Below, piece by piece: positions 19,765-30,189 of a stretch of 64,000 bases of DNA. The stretch's first letter is position 1. The number at the start of each line of letters is the position of its first letter. Origin of the DNA: Chloroflexota bacterium. Its GTDB lineage: Bacteria > Chloroflexota > Limnocylindria > Limnocylindrales > CSP1-4. Below the pieces are notes generated by a model. The model saw only the letters and a list, made by a program, of their open reading frames with translations. It was not told the DNA's origin and ran no database searches. The position numbers and the translations under genes were made by a program. The stretch is from NCBI GenBank assembly GCA_030447745.1, contig JAUJOH010000010.1, forward strand, positions 35,374 through 99,373. The letters run 5' to 3'.

Positions 19765-21832
19765 GGAGTTGATGGGGCGGCCTCGTCCGAGGAGCCGGGG
19801 TTCGCCGAGGCCCCCGGCGCCGTCGATGCGCCGCTCGAGCCGGCCGGGGATCCGCTCGCCGCGCCGGCCGGGGATCCGCTCGCCCCGCTGGCCGGAGTTT
19901 CGCTCGGCGAGCGCGAGGCTCCGGGAGCCGCACCGTTGGACTCGTCCTCGACGCGGAGGGAGACACGGCTGTCGAGCGTCGGGATCGAGTTCACCCAGTC
20001 CGGCCAGACCCGGAGGTCGACCGTGCCGTACGCCGCGAGGAATGCCCGGGCCTCGTCGACCGGCTTGCCCTTGATCTGCTCGCGGAGCGCGTCGCCGTCG
20101 ACCGTCCGGATCTGGGCTGCCGTCGCGCTGACCGGATAGATGACGGTCCCGCGTTCGACGCGGGGCTCGCCCGGCGCGACGTCGACCGACCCGTCCACGA
20201 GCCGGTAGCCGTCTTCCACCCGGGACGTGATGTGCGTCACGGCGATCGACTCGACCGGCCGCGCGTCGACCGCGATGGCAGTCCCGGTCGCCGCCAGCCC
20301 GAGCTCGAACTCGGCGATCTCCTGGTCGACGAGGCCGTCCGGGTTGGTGGTCGGCTGGGGCTCGCCGAGGACCGCCGTGTCGGCGAAGACCGTCATCCCC
20401 TCCGGGACGCGGTTCGGGTCGGCGAGCATCGCCGCGAACTCTTCGTCGAGCCGCGTCGTGAGCTCCGCGAGCGCCGCGTCGACGTCCGCGCGCCGGACGC
20501 GCGGGAACCGCTCGCTCACGCCGCCGGACGTGCCAGAGGGATTGTTGACCTTCACCAGGGTCGGGTCCTGGCCCTCCGGCACGATCGTGATGGCGTTCGC
20601 CGGCACGTTGCCCTCCGGCCCGGACTCCGTCGCCGTCACCCCCACCTCCGCCGTGGCCGGCTCGACGCGGATCGGCTCGCCGAGGATGAGCTGGGCGGCC
20701 GGGAGCGTCACCGCCTGGGTCGTCCGGAACCGGATCCCGCCCTCCGTCGAGACGACGGCACCGGCGGGGATCGCCGTCGATCCGCCGGTGTTCAGGTTCG
20801 AGAACGTCACCGACCCCGACGCGGCCGACTCCTCCACCCGCTCGCCGGTCGCCGCGAACGTGTCGCTGACGGCCACCTCGAACGTGAGCCGTTCGGCCGG
20901 GACGACGGAGGCCGCTGCGTTCGGCTCCGTCACCTCCGGGTCCGCCCGGATCTCGAGCGAGACCGGGCCGATCTGCTCCGCCCGCGCGCGGATCGTAACG
21001 TCCGCCGACGGCAGCAGCAGGTAGGCGCCGACACCACCCGCGAGCACGGCGAGGGCCACGAGTGCGGCGGCCACGATTCCGGCGGTTCGACCCCACGGCC
21101 AGCCCCCGCGCCGGCGATCCGCCGCGGAGTCCGCGGGGCGGGCGGCGGGCCGCGCGGTGGTCGAGGCGGCGGCCGGCGCCCCGGCGGGCGCCGCGGGCCG
21201 GCGAGCATCGGGCGCTGCGGTCGCGACCGGTGGGCATCGGTCGCCGCTGTCGCGGGCCGATCCGCCGTCCGCGGACGAGTGCCGCGCGAAGCCGGCGCCT
21301 CCACGGCCGGCATGACGGTCGTCTCGTCGAGATCCGGCTCGGCTGGCTCCGGCTCCGCGCGGGGGGCGGCACCGGCGCGTCCGCGGGGTCCGGAGCTCGT
21401 CGACGCCGGCGGTCCGGCCGCGTCGGCGCCGGGCGGAGGGCGTCGCCGAGCGGTCGTCCCGGTGGCGGCCGCCACCGCACCCGTGGCGGCGATCGCGCGC
21501 GTGCTCTCGCCGACGTCCGGGCCGGAGCTGGTCCCTCCCGCCGATGGACCCTTCGAGCTCCCCTCCGCCTCCTCGTACTCGGCGACACTGCCGAAGACGG
21601 GCAGTCCTGCGGAGGCCGCCAACGCGCGCGTCGCCGCGTCGCCCGCCACGACCGAAAGCCGGCGGCCGCGCCCCTGCGCCTCGCGCGCGAGGAGGCGGAA
21701 GTTGATCCGCGAGGTCGCGAGCCGGGAGCCGTAAGGAACGACGAGCGCGATCCGGATCTGGTCGATGCCCCGCATCCGCGCAGCAGCCGACGTGATCTCG
21801 TCGTCCGGCTCGAGATAGACGATTGCCGCCAT
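19761..21832 (-). CDS. Large bitopic membrane protein: cytoplasmic alpha/beta domain, Ala/Pro-rich linker, one TM, ~400-aa extracytoplasmic domain with Ser/Gly/Ala-rich tail (probably one gene read in two frames across the linker)
   Basis: ATG at 21832 overlaps the upstream FtsA-like stop as TGATG and begins MAAIVYLEPDDEITSAAARMRGIDQIRIALVVPYGSRL... (ORF 20930..22096 frame). Frame of ORF 19761..21074 is open upstream to at least 21359, then RRRGGWPWGRTAGIVAAALVALAVLAGGVGAYLLL (TM) and a 400-aa exported domain ending at 19761 (overlaps ruvX start). Confidence 0.45.
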
Positions 21833-23094
21833 CAGACCTTCATCGCCCGGAGGACCCGGCGGAGGGCCACGTCGAGCGGCGCCTCGGTGGTCTGGAGCTC
21901 GATGGCCTGGTACGCGAGGCCGAGCGGGGTCACGTCCTGCTGGTCGACGAGCAGCTTTGTGGCGTCGGTCAGGGCGTCGACGTCCCCGGGCGCCATCACG
22001 GTCACCTCCGGCGGGCGGGCGAACGAGAGCCGCTTCCAGAAGGCCTCGGCGGCGAGCACGCGCGGGACCTCCGGGAGCCTGGAGCCGCCGCCGCACAGGT
22101 AGATCCGGCCCGGCAGCAGGTCGCCGCCCGACAGCTCCTCCATCACGAGCTCGACGCCGGCCGCCCAGACGTCGACGTCATCGGCGACGATGGCGGCGAC
22201 CTCGTCGCGCCGCTCGACCGGCAGCCCGCGGGCGTAGTCCACCTTGACGGCCTCGGCGCGCGGGAAGGGCAGGTCGAGCCGATCCGCCAGCGACTTCGTG
22301 AACGCTCGACCGCCGAGGGCGAACATCCGCGTCCCCTCGATGCCGCCCTGCCGAACGAGGGCCACGTCCGTCGTCCCGCCGCCGACGTCGATGAACAGCG
22401 CGCCGGCCTGCCGGACGTGCTCGGTTCCCAGGACGCGGGCAACCGCGTAGGGCTCCGCCACGATCTCGAGCAGCTCGAGGTCCAGCTGCGACGCCACGCT
22501 CTGCAGCGCACCCAGATGCACGAGCGGCGCGTACGCGTTGAAGATGGCAATCTTGACGTGCCGCCCCTGGAACCCCACGGGGTTGGTCAACGAGTAGCCG
22601 TCGATCGCCGCACCGACGACGGCGGCGTGCACGAGTCGGACGTCGACGTGCGGCAGCCCGGTCTCCCAGGTGATCGAGCGTTCCGCCTCGCGCAGCGCTT
22701 CGCGCTGGACGCCGTCGATCAGCTTCTGCAGCTCGCCCTCGCTGATCGGCTGGTCCGGCCGCTTGCGCTCCTGGCTGTGGGTGGTCGTGAAGCCCTTGAC
22801 CAGCTCGCCGGCGATCCCGACGACGACCTGCGAGGGCCGGAAGCCGGACATCTCCTCGGCTTCCTGGAGGGCCACCGCGCAGTTGTCGACGACGGCGGCG
22901 ATGTCCGCGACGGTGCCCGACTGCATGTGCGAGAGGCCCTGGCGCTTCCGGCCGACACCGCGCACGATGCCGTGGCCCCCGTCGTCGATCTCGAAGACGA
23001 GCGCCTTGGCGAACTCCGTGCCGATGTCGAGGGCGGTGCAGGCGGCGAGCCGGGGCTCTCCGTCGCGCTGCCAGATCCGGCGCCAGAAGGCCAT
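21832..23094 (-). CDS. Actin-fold ATPase of the FtsA/PilM family, 420 aa, with predicted C-terminal amphipathic helix
   Basis: LDIGTEFAKALVFE (phosphate-1), VVGIAGELV, FIDVGGGTTDVALV (phosphate-2), YLCGGGSRLPEV (adenosine), 1C-like insert, and C-terminal LDVALRRVLRAMKV. ATG at 23094 overlaps the alaS stop (ATGA). Confidence 0.75.
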   Translation of the reverse strand: MAFWRRIWQRDGEPRLAACTALDIGTEFAKALVFEIDDGGHGIVRGVGRKRQGLSHMQSGTVADIAAVVDNCAVALQEAEEMSGFRPSQVVVGIAGELVKGFTTTHSQERKRPDQPISEGELQKLIDGVQREALREAERSITWETGLPHVDVRLVHAAVVGAAIDGYSLTNPVGFQGRHVKIAIFNAYAPLVHLGALQSVASQLDLELLEIVAEPYAVARVLGTEHVRQAGALFIDVGGGTTDVALVRQGGIEGTRMFALGGRAFTKSLADRLDLPFPRAEAVKVDYARGLPVERRDEVAAIVADDVDVWAAGVELVMEELSGGDLLPGRIYLCGGGSRLPEVPRVLAAEAFWKRLSFARPPEVTVMAPGDVDALTDATKLLVDQQDVTPLGLAYQAIELQTTEAPLDVALRRVLRAMKV

Positions 23095-25890
23095 CAGGCC
23101 TGCGGTTGCTTGCCGTTGCGGAGCGCGGCCCGGACCGCGTCGAGGGCCGCCGGCAGGTTGTCGCGCCGCGATCCCCTGCCCTGCGCCATCTCCGGGCGGC
23201 CCCCGCCCTTGCCCTCCAGCGGCGCCATCGCCGCGCGGACGAGGTGTCCCGCTGCGATCCCCCGCCCGACGAGATCGTCGCTCACGGTGACGAAGACCTG
23301 TGGCTCGTCCGCGTCGAGCGCGAGCGCGACGACGCCGGAGCCGAGAGCGCCCCGGATGTCGCGCGCGACCCCCTTCATCGCGTCGATCGACTCCCACGGC
23401 GCCGCGGCCGCCACGAGCCGGATCCCGGGCGCCGGCTCCTCGGCGCGTTCGACCAGCTCGCCGGGACGTGGAAGGCCGGCCCCACCACCGGCACGCAACC
23501 GGCGCCGCGCCTCGCGGAGCTCGTCCTGGAGCGCGGAGATGCGTTCCGGCACCGCCTCGACGGACTGCGCTCCGGCGAGGTCGGCCGCCTGCTCGAGCGT
23601 CTCGAGCCGCGTCGAGAGCCAGGCATCCGCACCCGCACCGGTGAGCGCCTCGATCCGGCGCATCCCGCTGCCGATGCTCCGCTCGGCCGTGATGACGAAG
23701 CCGCCGATCTGCCCCGAGGCGCGGCAGTGCGTCCCGCCGCACAGCTCGAAGCTGTAGTCGCCGACGCGGACCGTCCGGACCGTCTCGCCGTACTTCTCGT
23801 CGAAGAAAGCGTCGGCGCCGTTGGCGATGGCATCGGCCATCGGCATGAACGCGATCGTCAGCGGCTGATCCTCGCGGATGACGCGGCGCACCTCGCGCTC
23901 GATGGCGCGCTTCTCGTCTTCCGTCAGCGCGCGGTCGAACGGGAAGTCGAACCGCAGGTAGTCCGGCGTGACGACGGAGCCGGCCTGCCGCGCCCGCTCC
24001 CCGACGACGTTCCGGAGCGCCCGATGCAGGACGTGCGTGCCGGTGTGGTTGCGCATCGTGTGCGCGCGACGCTCGGGATCGACGACCGCGAGCACCCGGT
24101 CGCCGACCCGGAGACGCCCCCGGAGCGTGCCGAGATGCACGTGGAGGCCACCGACCGGCTTCTGCGTGTCGTCGACCCGGAAGACGGGATCGACCGCGCG
24201 ATCGCCGATCGCCACGCCCACGCTGCCGTCGTCGCGAACCCCGACCGTCCAGCCGATCTCATCGTCGCCGGGCACGAGGACGAGCACGCCGCGGTCGCCG
24301 ATCTGGCCGCCGCCCTCGGCGTAGAACGGCGTGCGGTCGAGGACGACCTCCGCCTCGGCGCCCGCCTCCGTCCGGCCCTCCGCGTCACCCCTGGCCGTCA
24401 GCTCGTCGTATTCGGTCCCGCCCCGGAGGATGGCAACGACACGTGCCTCGGCGGTCGTCGTCTCGTAGCCCAGGAACTCCGTGTCGCCGGCTCGGGCCTG
24501 GATCGCCTGGAGCTGTGCCATCCGCTCGCCGTGGCGCGCGAGCTCGGCCTTCTTTCCGCTACGGCTCCGCCCAGCCGGTCGACCGCCACGCCGTACTCGG
24601 CGGCCAGCTCGACCGTCAGGTCGATCGGGAACCCGTACGTGTCGTGGAGCCGGAACGCCACGTCGCCCGGGAGCTTCGGCGCGTCTGCCGGCAAGTCCTC
24701 CGGCCGCCGCCCGACCTCGCGTTCGGCCGACGTGAGCGGGATCAGCGCCTCCTCGAGCTGCACCGTGCCCGCGTCGAGGGTCCGGCCGAACTGCGACTCC
24801 TCCCGTAGCAGCACGCCGAGGATCTCCTCGCGCCGATCCTCGAGGTGGGGGTAGGCGTCGCGCATGACGTCGATCACGACGGCGGCCGTCTGGGCGAGGA
24901 ACGGCTCGCGACGCCCGAGCAGCCGGGCGTGGCGGACGGCCCGCCGGACGAGCTTGCGCAACACGTAGCCGCGACCCTCGTTCGAGGGCAGCACGCCATC
25001 CGCGATCAGGAACGTTGTGGCTCGCGAGTGGTCCGCGATGACCTGGTAGCTGAAGCGCTCCTGCTCGAACGCGTCCGGGTCGTGGCCGAGCAGCTCGCGC
25101 ATCCGCGCGTGGATCGGTGCAAACAGGTCCGTGTCGTAGTTGGACGCCACCTGCTGGACGACGCTGGCCAGGCGCTCGAGGCTCATGCCGGTGTCGACGC
25201 TGGTGAACGGGAGGGGGACGCGACCGTCCGGCCGCTGGTCGAACTCCATGAACACGAGGTTCCAGATCTCGAGCCAGCGCGGGCAGTTCTCGGAATGGTC
25301 GGGAATACAGTGCGGCCCTTCGCTCAGATGCGCGCCGCGGTCGAAATGGATCTCGCTGCACGGGCCGCACGGACCGGTCTCGGCCATCCGCCAGAAGTTG
25401 CTGTCATCGCCGCTGTCGACGTCCCCCAGCGCGCCATCCGGTCGGGCGGCAGCCCGATCTCGTCGCGCCAGACGTTCCACGCGACCTCGTCGGCGGTGTA
25501 GGTCGTCGCCGCCAGCCGCTCGCCCGGGATACCGAGGTCGCGGGTGAGGAAGTCCCAGGCGAACTGGATCGCCTCGCGCTTGAAGTAGTCGCCGAAGCTC
25601 CAGTTGCCGAGCATCTCGAAGAGGGTGTTGTGCCGCGTCGTCCGGCCGACCTCCTCGAAGTCGTTGTGCTTGCCGGCCACCCGCAGCACGCGCTGGTAGT
25701 CGACGGCCCGGGTGTAGCCGCGCTTCTCGACCCCGGTCAGCACGTCCTTGAACTGGACCATGCCGCTGTTCGTGAAGAGCAGGGTCTGGTCGCCGGCGGG
25801 CACGAGCGAGGCGCCGGGCACGACGGTGTGACCGCGCTCGGCGAAGAACTCGACGAAGCGGCGCCGGATCTCCGCCGCAGGCAGGCTGAT
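23094..25890 (-). CDS. alaS: Alanine--tRNA ligase, read through at least two 1-bp frameshifts (near 24570 and 25440); start codon unclear
   Basis: Three consecutive ORFs (25324..25821, 24398..25480, 23094..25370) carry AlaRS segments: [26 protein letters not shown]...[13 protein letters not shown]; [22 protein letters not shown]; editing domain; C-terminal DHHA1. No ATG/GTG/TTG in frame upstream of AEIRRRF (possible CTG at 25884). Confidence 0.85.
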
Positions 25891-26029
25891 GATCCGCGGG
25901 TCACGGTCGGAGTCGGGGGCCCCACGCGGGCAATGGTAACGAACGGGCCGGTCCGGTCGCGTCAGCTCGGGGGCGCGGAAGATGCGTGGCGCTGGACGCG
26001 CGTCGGCGCTCCCGCGATGCGCGCGGTCC

Positions 26030-26509
26030 TCAGCTCACCGCCTTCCTCACGAGGTCGGCGATCCGTTCCTCGTCGGCCGGCGCCAGCTCCTTCAGTGCGA
26101 AGGACGTCGGCCACATGTTGCCATCATCGAGGTTCGCCGCCGCGTTGAAGCCGAACGTCGCGCAGCGCTCCTTGAACTTCGAGGCTGGTGTGAAGAAGCA
26201 GACGACCTTGCCGTCCTCGTTGGCATACGCGGGCATGCCGTACCAGGTCCGGGACGACAGGTCGGGCGCGCCGGCCTTGACGATCTGGTGGATCCGCTCG
26301 GCCATGCTGCGATCCGGTTCGGGCATCCCGGCAATCTTGGCCAGCACGTCACCTTCGCCGTCCGTCTTGCTGGCACGCGCGCCGCGCCGCTTGGCCGCCT
26401 TCAGCTCCTCGGCGCGGTCCTTCATCGCGGCTCGCTCTTCGTCCGTCCATCTCGCGCTCGCCGGATCGCCAACGGCGTGGCGCTTGGCGGACGTCTTCGT
26501 GTCCGTCAT
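26030..26509 (-). CDS. DUF1801 (YdhG/YdeI-like) domain protein
   Basis: [33 protein letters not shown]. Confidence 0.65.
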   Translation of the reverse strand: MTDTKTSAKRHAVGDPASARWTDEERAAMKDRAEELKAAKRRGARASKTDGEGDVLAKIAGMPEPDRSMAERIHQIVKAGAPDLSSRTWYGMPAYANEDGKVVCFFTPASKFKERCATFGFNAAANLDDGNMWPTSFALKELAPADEERIADLVRKAVS

Positions 26510-26535
26510 GACATCGCCCTCGTTCCAGATCGGAT

Positions 26536-27430
26536 ATGGATCACCCCCATGCTACGGATCCGTGCGGTGGCCTCTCCGAGCTGCTCGACGAACGAACGCG
26601 CCACGACCTGGTCGGACCCGCCGCGCCGCTGAGCGCGAGCCACTGTCACTTCGCGCGCGCTGAGGTCGGCGTTCATCCCGTGATAATGGCCGGCGTGGAG
26701 GAGGTCGAGGTCGTCGTCGCCCATCGCGAGCGCGCGACCCTGCGCGTCGGTGACGTGTTCCTGAAGATCGACGCGATCAGTCGCGCACCGACGTCGAGGT
26801 CGAGGCGATGGCGATGGCGCCGATCGCGACTCCGGAGGTCCTGTGGCAGAAGCCGCCCGTGCTCGCGCTCGCCGCCCTCCGGGGCACGGCACTCGGCCGC
26901 CTCGGCGAGCCGTCGACCGCGTCGCCGGCGGCCTGGGCCGCGGCGGGTGCCGCCGCACGGATTCTGCACGACGCGCCGCTGCCGCCATGGCCCGGTCGGA
27001 GCCTCGACGAGCTGGCATCGCGCCTCGACGGCGAATGCGAGTGGCTCGTCACGAACGGCGTCCTTCCCACCGACCTGGTCACGCGCAACCACCGGGTTGC
27101 CGAGGCTGCGCTCCGGCCGTGGACACCGGTGTTCACGCACGGCGACCTGCAGGTCAGCCACGTGTTCATCGACGTTGACGAGATCACCGGCGTGGTCGAC
27201 TGGTCGGAGGCGGGCCAGGGCGATGCCCTCTACGACCTCGCCAGCTTGACGCTCGGACACGAGGAGCACCTTGGAGACGTCGTCGCCGGCTACGGCACCG
27301 ACGTGGACCTCGACGTGATCCGTGCGTGGTGGTCATTCGGAGCCTGCTGGCCGTCCGTTGGCTGGTCGAGCACGGCTTCGACCCGTCCGCGCCAGGCTGC
27401 GAGATCGAGGTGCTCAGGTCCCGGCTGTGA
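26536..27430 (+). CDS. Aminoglycoside phosphotransferase (APH)-family kinase, two apparent frameshifts (near 26800 and 27335)
   Basis: [21 protein letters not shown] in ORF 26536..; [38 protein letters not shown] (Brenner motif and DxxxxN) in ORF 26808..27791; C-terminus [32 protein letters not shown]-stop in a third frame. True start probably downstream of 26536. Confidence 0.6.
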
Positions 27431-27637
27431 GCACCCCATGGTCAGTCAGCGTGCGCGAATGTCACCCGAGATTGCGTCGTCCGACCTGACCTCCGTCAGT
27501 GCCGGAAGGTCCGAGCGTCGTCCTCGGCATGGTGGTATGCCTCGCGCGCCTCGTCCTCCACGGCGCGTGACTTCAGCATCGCATCCTCGGCGTCATGCAT
27601 CTTGCCGTCATGCGCCTGCATCGCAATCCGGCGTGGC

Positions 27638-28058
27638 TCAGTCCTCCTCGTCGTCCTCGAAGTCCGGCCAAGCCGCGATGTCGACACCGTGGTTCTCGGG
27701 CGACGCGAGTGTCCACCAATGGGGCACATGCGTACCGTCCGCCAGGCGTCCGCCAGCTTCGAGTGCTGCCGCGACTCTTGCTTCGGCCTGATCGGCCGGC
27801 ACGCTGACGTCGATGTGGGTCCGGCCACGCCCCGGCTTGGGAGGGCGGAGGCTTTGGAACGACACGTGCGGGTTACGTCGGTGCCGATCGACGACGTCTT
27901 CTTTCGGTCCAAGGCTCCTACCCGAGGGCTGCGGCCCAAAACGGACCTACGTCGCTGCCTGCATCCTGTGCCACCGCAATGCCCACGACCTGGACCTGGG
28001 AGGGGTCCGGCTCGATCCGCGCGAGCTTCTGCCGAAATCTGGCGTGCCAGCTCGACAT
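27638..28058 (-). CDS. VOC/glyoxalase-like protein (N- and C-terminal halves in different frames; 1-bp insertion near 27930)
   Basis: ATG at 28058: MSSWHARFRQKLARIEPDPSQVQVVGIAVAQDAGSDVGPFWAAALG, then after the shift ...THIDVSVPADQAEARVAAALEAGGRLADGTHVPHWWTLASPENHGVDIAAW (ORF 27638..27865). Confidence 0.45.
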
Positions 28059-28303
28059 CACGATGGCTCAGAGCTCCGCTCCCCGGAGGCGGTCCGGACT
28101 GTGACTCCCTCAGGTCGCACGTCCACGTCGGGGAAGTGGCCCACAACCTCCGCAACTTGGGCGATCGCGGCCACAAACCTTGCTGCTTCCGCGAACGATC
28201 CGACCACGAAGTAGGCGTGGCCGCCAGAGAAAAGGACCCGCCAGTCCTCGACTCCGATGGCGTCGTGGAATGCCCGAGCAGTCGTTCGCTTCTTGCTCGG
28301 CAA
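28058..28303 (-). CDS. Pterin-4a-carbinolamine dehydratase (PCD/DCoH)-like protein; conserved C-terminus shifted into another frame
   Basis: DWRVLFSGGHAYFVVGSFAEAARFVAAIAQVAEVVGHFPDVDVRPEGVTVRTASG (HHPD-type motif). The expected continuation GALSHRDVELARQISAEARAD lies in the +1 frame after a GGGG run at ~28082. Confidence 0.5.
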   Translation of the reverse strand: MPSKKRTTARAFHDAIGVEDWRVLFSGGHAYFVVGSFAEAARFVAAIAQVAEVVGHFPDVDVRPEGVTVRTASGERSSEPS

Positions 28304-29083
28304 TGGTCGCGAAGCCCGCCTTCATGCCGCGCTGAGGCGCGCTCGCATAGAAGCCGATGACGGATGGAAGCTGCCTCGGATCGCCCATCGCTCGATCATA
28401 TGCCGGGTCCGGTGACTGGATGCAGGGGTCACACGACGTTGTGTCACCTGAGCGGGCGCCGTCCGACTTCAACCACCTGACCGCGAGATGGTCAAGTGCC
28501 GGGTTCTCGGTGCGGAGCGCGCGCGCGGCGAGGCCGTGCGGCCGGCCGGCCGGTAGCGCCCTCGGCCGGAGCGGTCGGTGGCGCCGCGACCGTCCCTGGG
28601 CGAGGTGCCGAGCCGTCGCGCGGACGGGTCGTCGCGCGGATGCTCGTCCAGCGTCCTCGCCGCCGCTGGAGCAGCGCGGACCCCGCGATCAGCGCGCCGG
28701 CCTGCCAGCGCGCCAACGGTCAGCCCGCGGAGGAACGTGCCCGCGAGCGGGGACGGATCGTCGTCGCCCGCCCCACGGCCGAGCGCGTCGCGAGGTCCTT
28801 CACGAGCCGGCTCCGGCGCGGCGCTCCGGACCGAGGATCGCCACGATCGCGACGATCCCGATTCCGATCCACGCCATGGCCGACGCCGCGACGAGCCGGA
28901 AGTCGCCGATCCGCAGGAGATCGAGCCCCAGCCGCGCGCCCAGCGCGTCGCCCGCGAGCGCCCCGAGCACCGCCGCGAGCACCAGCAGCGGAAGCTGACC
29001 GCCGGCGCTCCCCGCGAGCAGCACGAACAGCGCCGTGTGGAAGATCCCGACCAGGATCGCCAGGACCGGCGCCGGGCCGATCG

Positions 29084-30189
29084 TCACGACGCGATCCGCC
29101 CGCCACCGAGCACGACGTCGCCGGCATAGGCGACCGCCCTGGCCCGGCGCGGCCGCCCCGACGGGCAGCGTCCGTCTCCACCGTCCAGCCGGCCCCGCCC
29201 GCGCTGCGGCGGCCGGACGGACGCACGGTGGCGGCCACCGGCGCAGCCCGGTGCCGGATCCGGATCTGCGCCCGGAAGCCGTCGGCCGCGCGGCGCGTCG
29301 AACGCCGGCGGCCCGCCGGCCACGAACGACACGCGCTCGAGCTCGAACGCCCGCGTCTCGAGGTCCTCGCGCCGACCCAGCTGGATCGTGTTCGTGCGCG
29401 GGTCGATCCGCGACACGTAGCGCGGTGACCCGAGGGCGACGCGACGCCCTTGCGCTGGCCGACCGTGAAGCCCGCGGCTCCCGGGTGCTCCCCCACCCGC
29501 TCCCCGTCCGCATCGATGAGCGGCCCGGGCTCCGGGTGCCAGCCGGCCCGGTCGCGAAGCGCGTCGCGGTAGTCGCCGCCCGGCACGAAGCAGATCTCCT
29601 GGCTCTCGGGCTTGTCGGCGGTGGCGAGGCCGAGCGACCGGGCGACCGCCCGCACCTCCGGCTTGGTGAGCTCGCCCAGCGGGAAACGCGCGTGCTCCAG
29701 CTGGTCCTGGCGGAGCCCATACAGGAAGTAGGTCTGGTCCTTGTCCTCGTCGCGCGCACGGGCCAGTCGGGCGCTCCCGTCGGCGCCCACCACCCGGCGC
29801 GCGTAGTGGCCGGTGGCGACGGCGTCGCACTCGTAGAGGTGCCGCGCCCGGCCGAGCAGCGCCCCGAACTTGACGTACGTGTTGCAGTCGATGCACGGGC
29901 TGGGCGTGCGACCGTCGAGGTACGCGTCGAGGAACGGCTGGAGCACGCCGGCGTCGAACTCGCGCTCGAGGTTCATCACGTAGAACGGGATCTCGAGCTG
30001 AGCCGCGACGCGCCGGGCGTCGTCGGCGGCATCGAGCGAGCAGCAGCTCTTCTTGAACTCGGAGTACGAGTCGGCGACGTCATGGAGGCGCATCCAGACG
30101 CCGACGACGTCGTGGCCCTGCTGGCGAAGAAGCGCCGCGGCCACGGACGAGTCGACGCCGCCGGACATCGCGACCAGGATCCGGGTCAC
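29084..30189 (-). CDS. mnmA: tRNA-specific 2-thiouridylase MnmA, with three apparent frameshifts in the 3' 400 nt
   Basis: [18 protein letters not shown] (PP-loop), [14 protein letters not shown], then alternating frames give [59 protein letters not shown]...GWTVETD and [17 protein letters not shown]-stop. GTG at 30189 forms GTGA with the iscS stop. Confidence 0.8.

Noticed and set aside
27496-27621. 41-codon ORF MQAHDGKMHDAEDAMLKSRAVEDEAREAYHHAEDDARTFRH
   Set aside because: Too short and no recognisable family. It lies at the tail of a long wrong-frame ORF, so chance is likely.
28056-28060. In-frame TGA between the PCD-like ORF and the downstream VOC C-terminal ORF (same frame), considered as a possible readthrough or selenocysteine codon
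   Set aside because: The sequence between them in that frame is junk with a further TAG. Conserved continuations are found in the other two frames, so indels explain it, not recoding.
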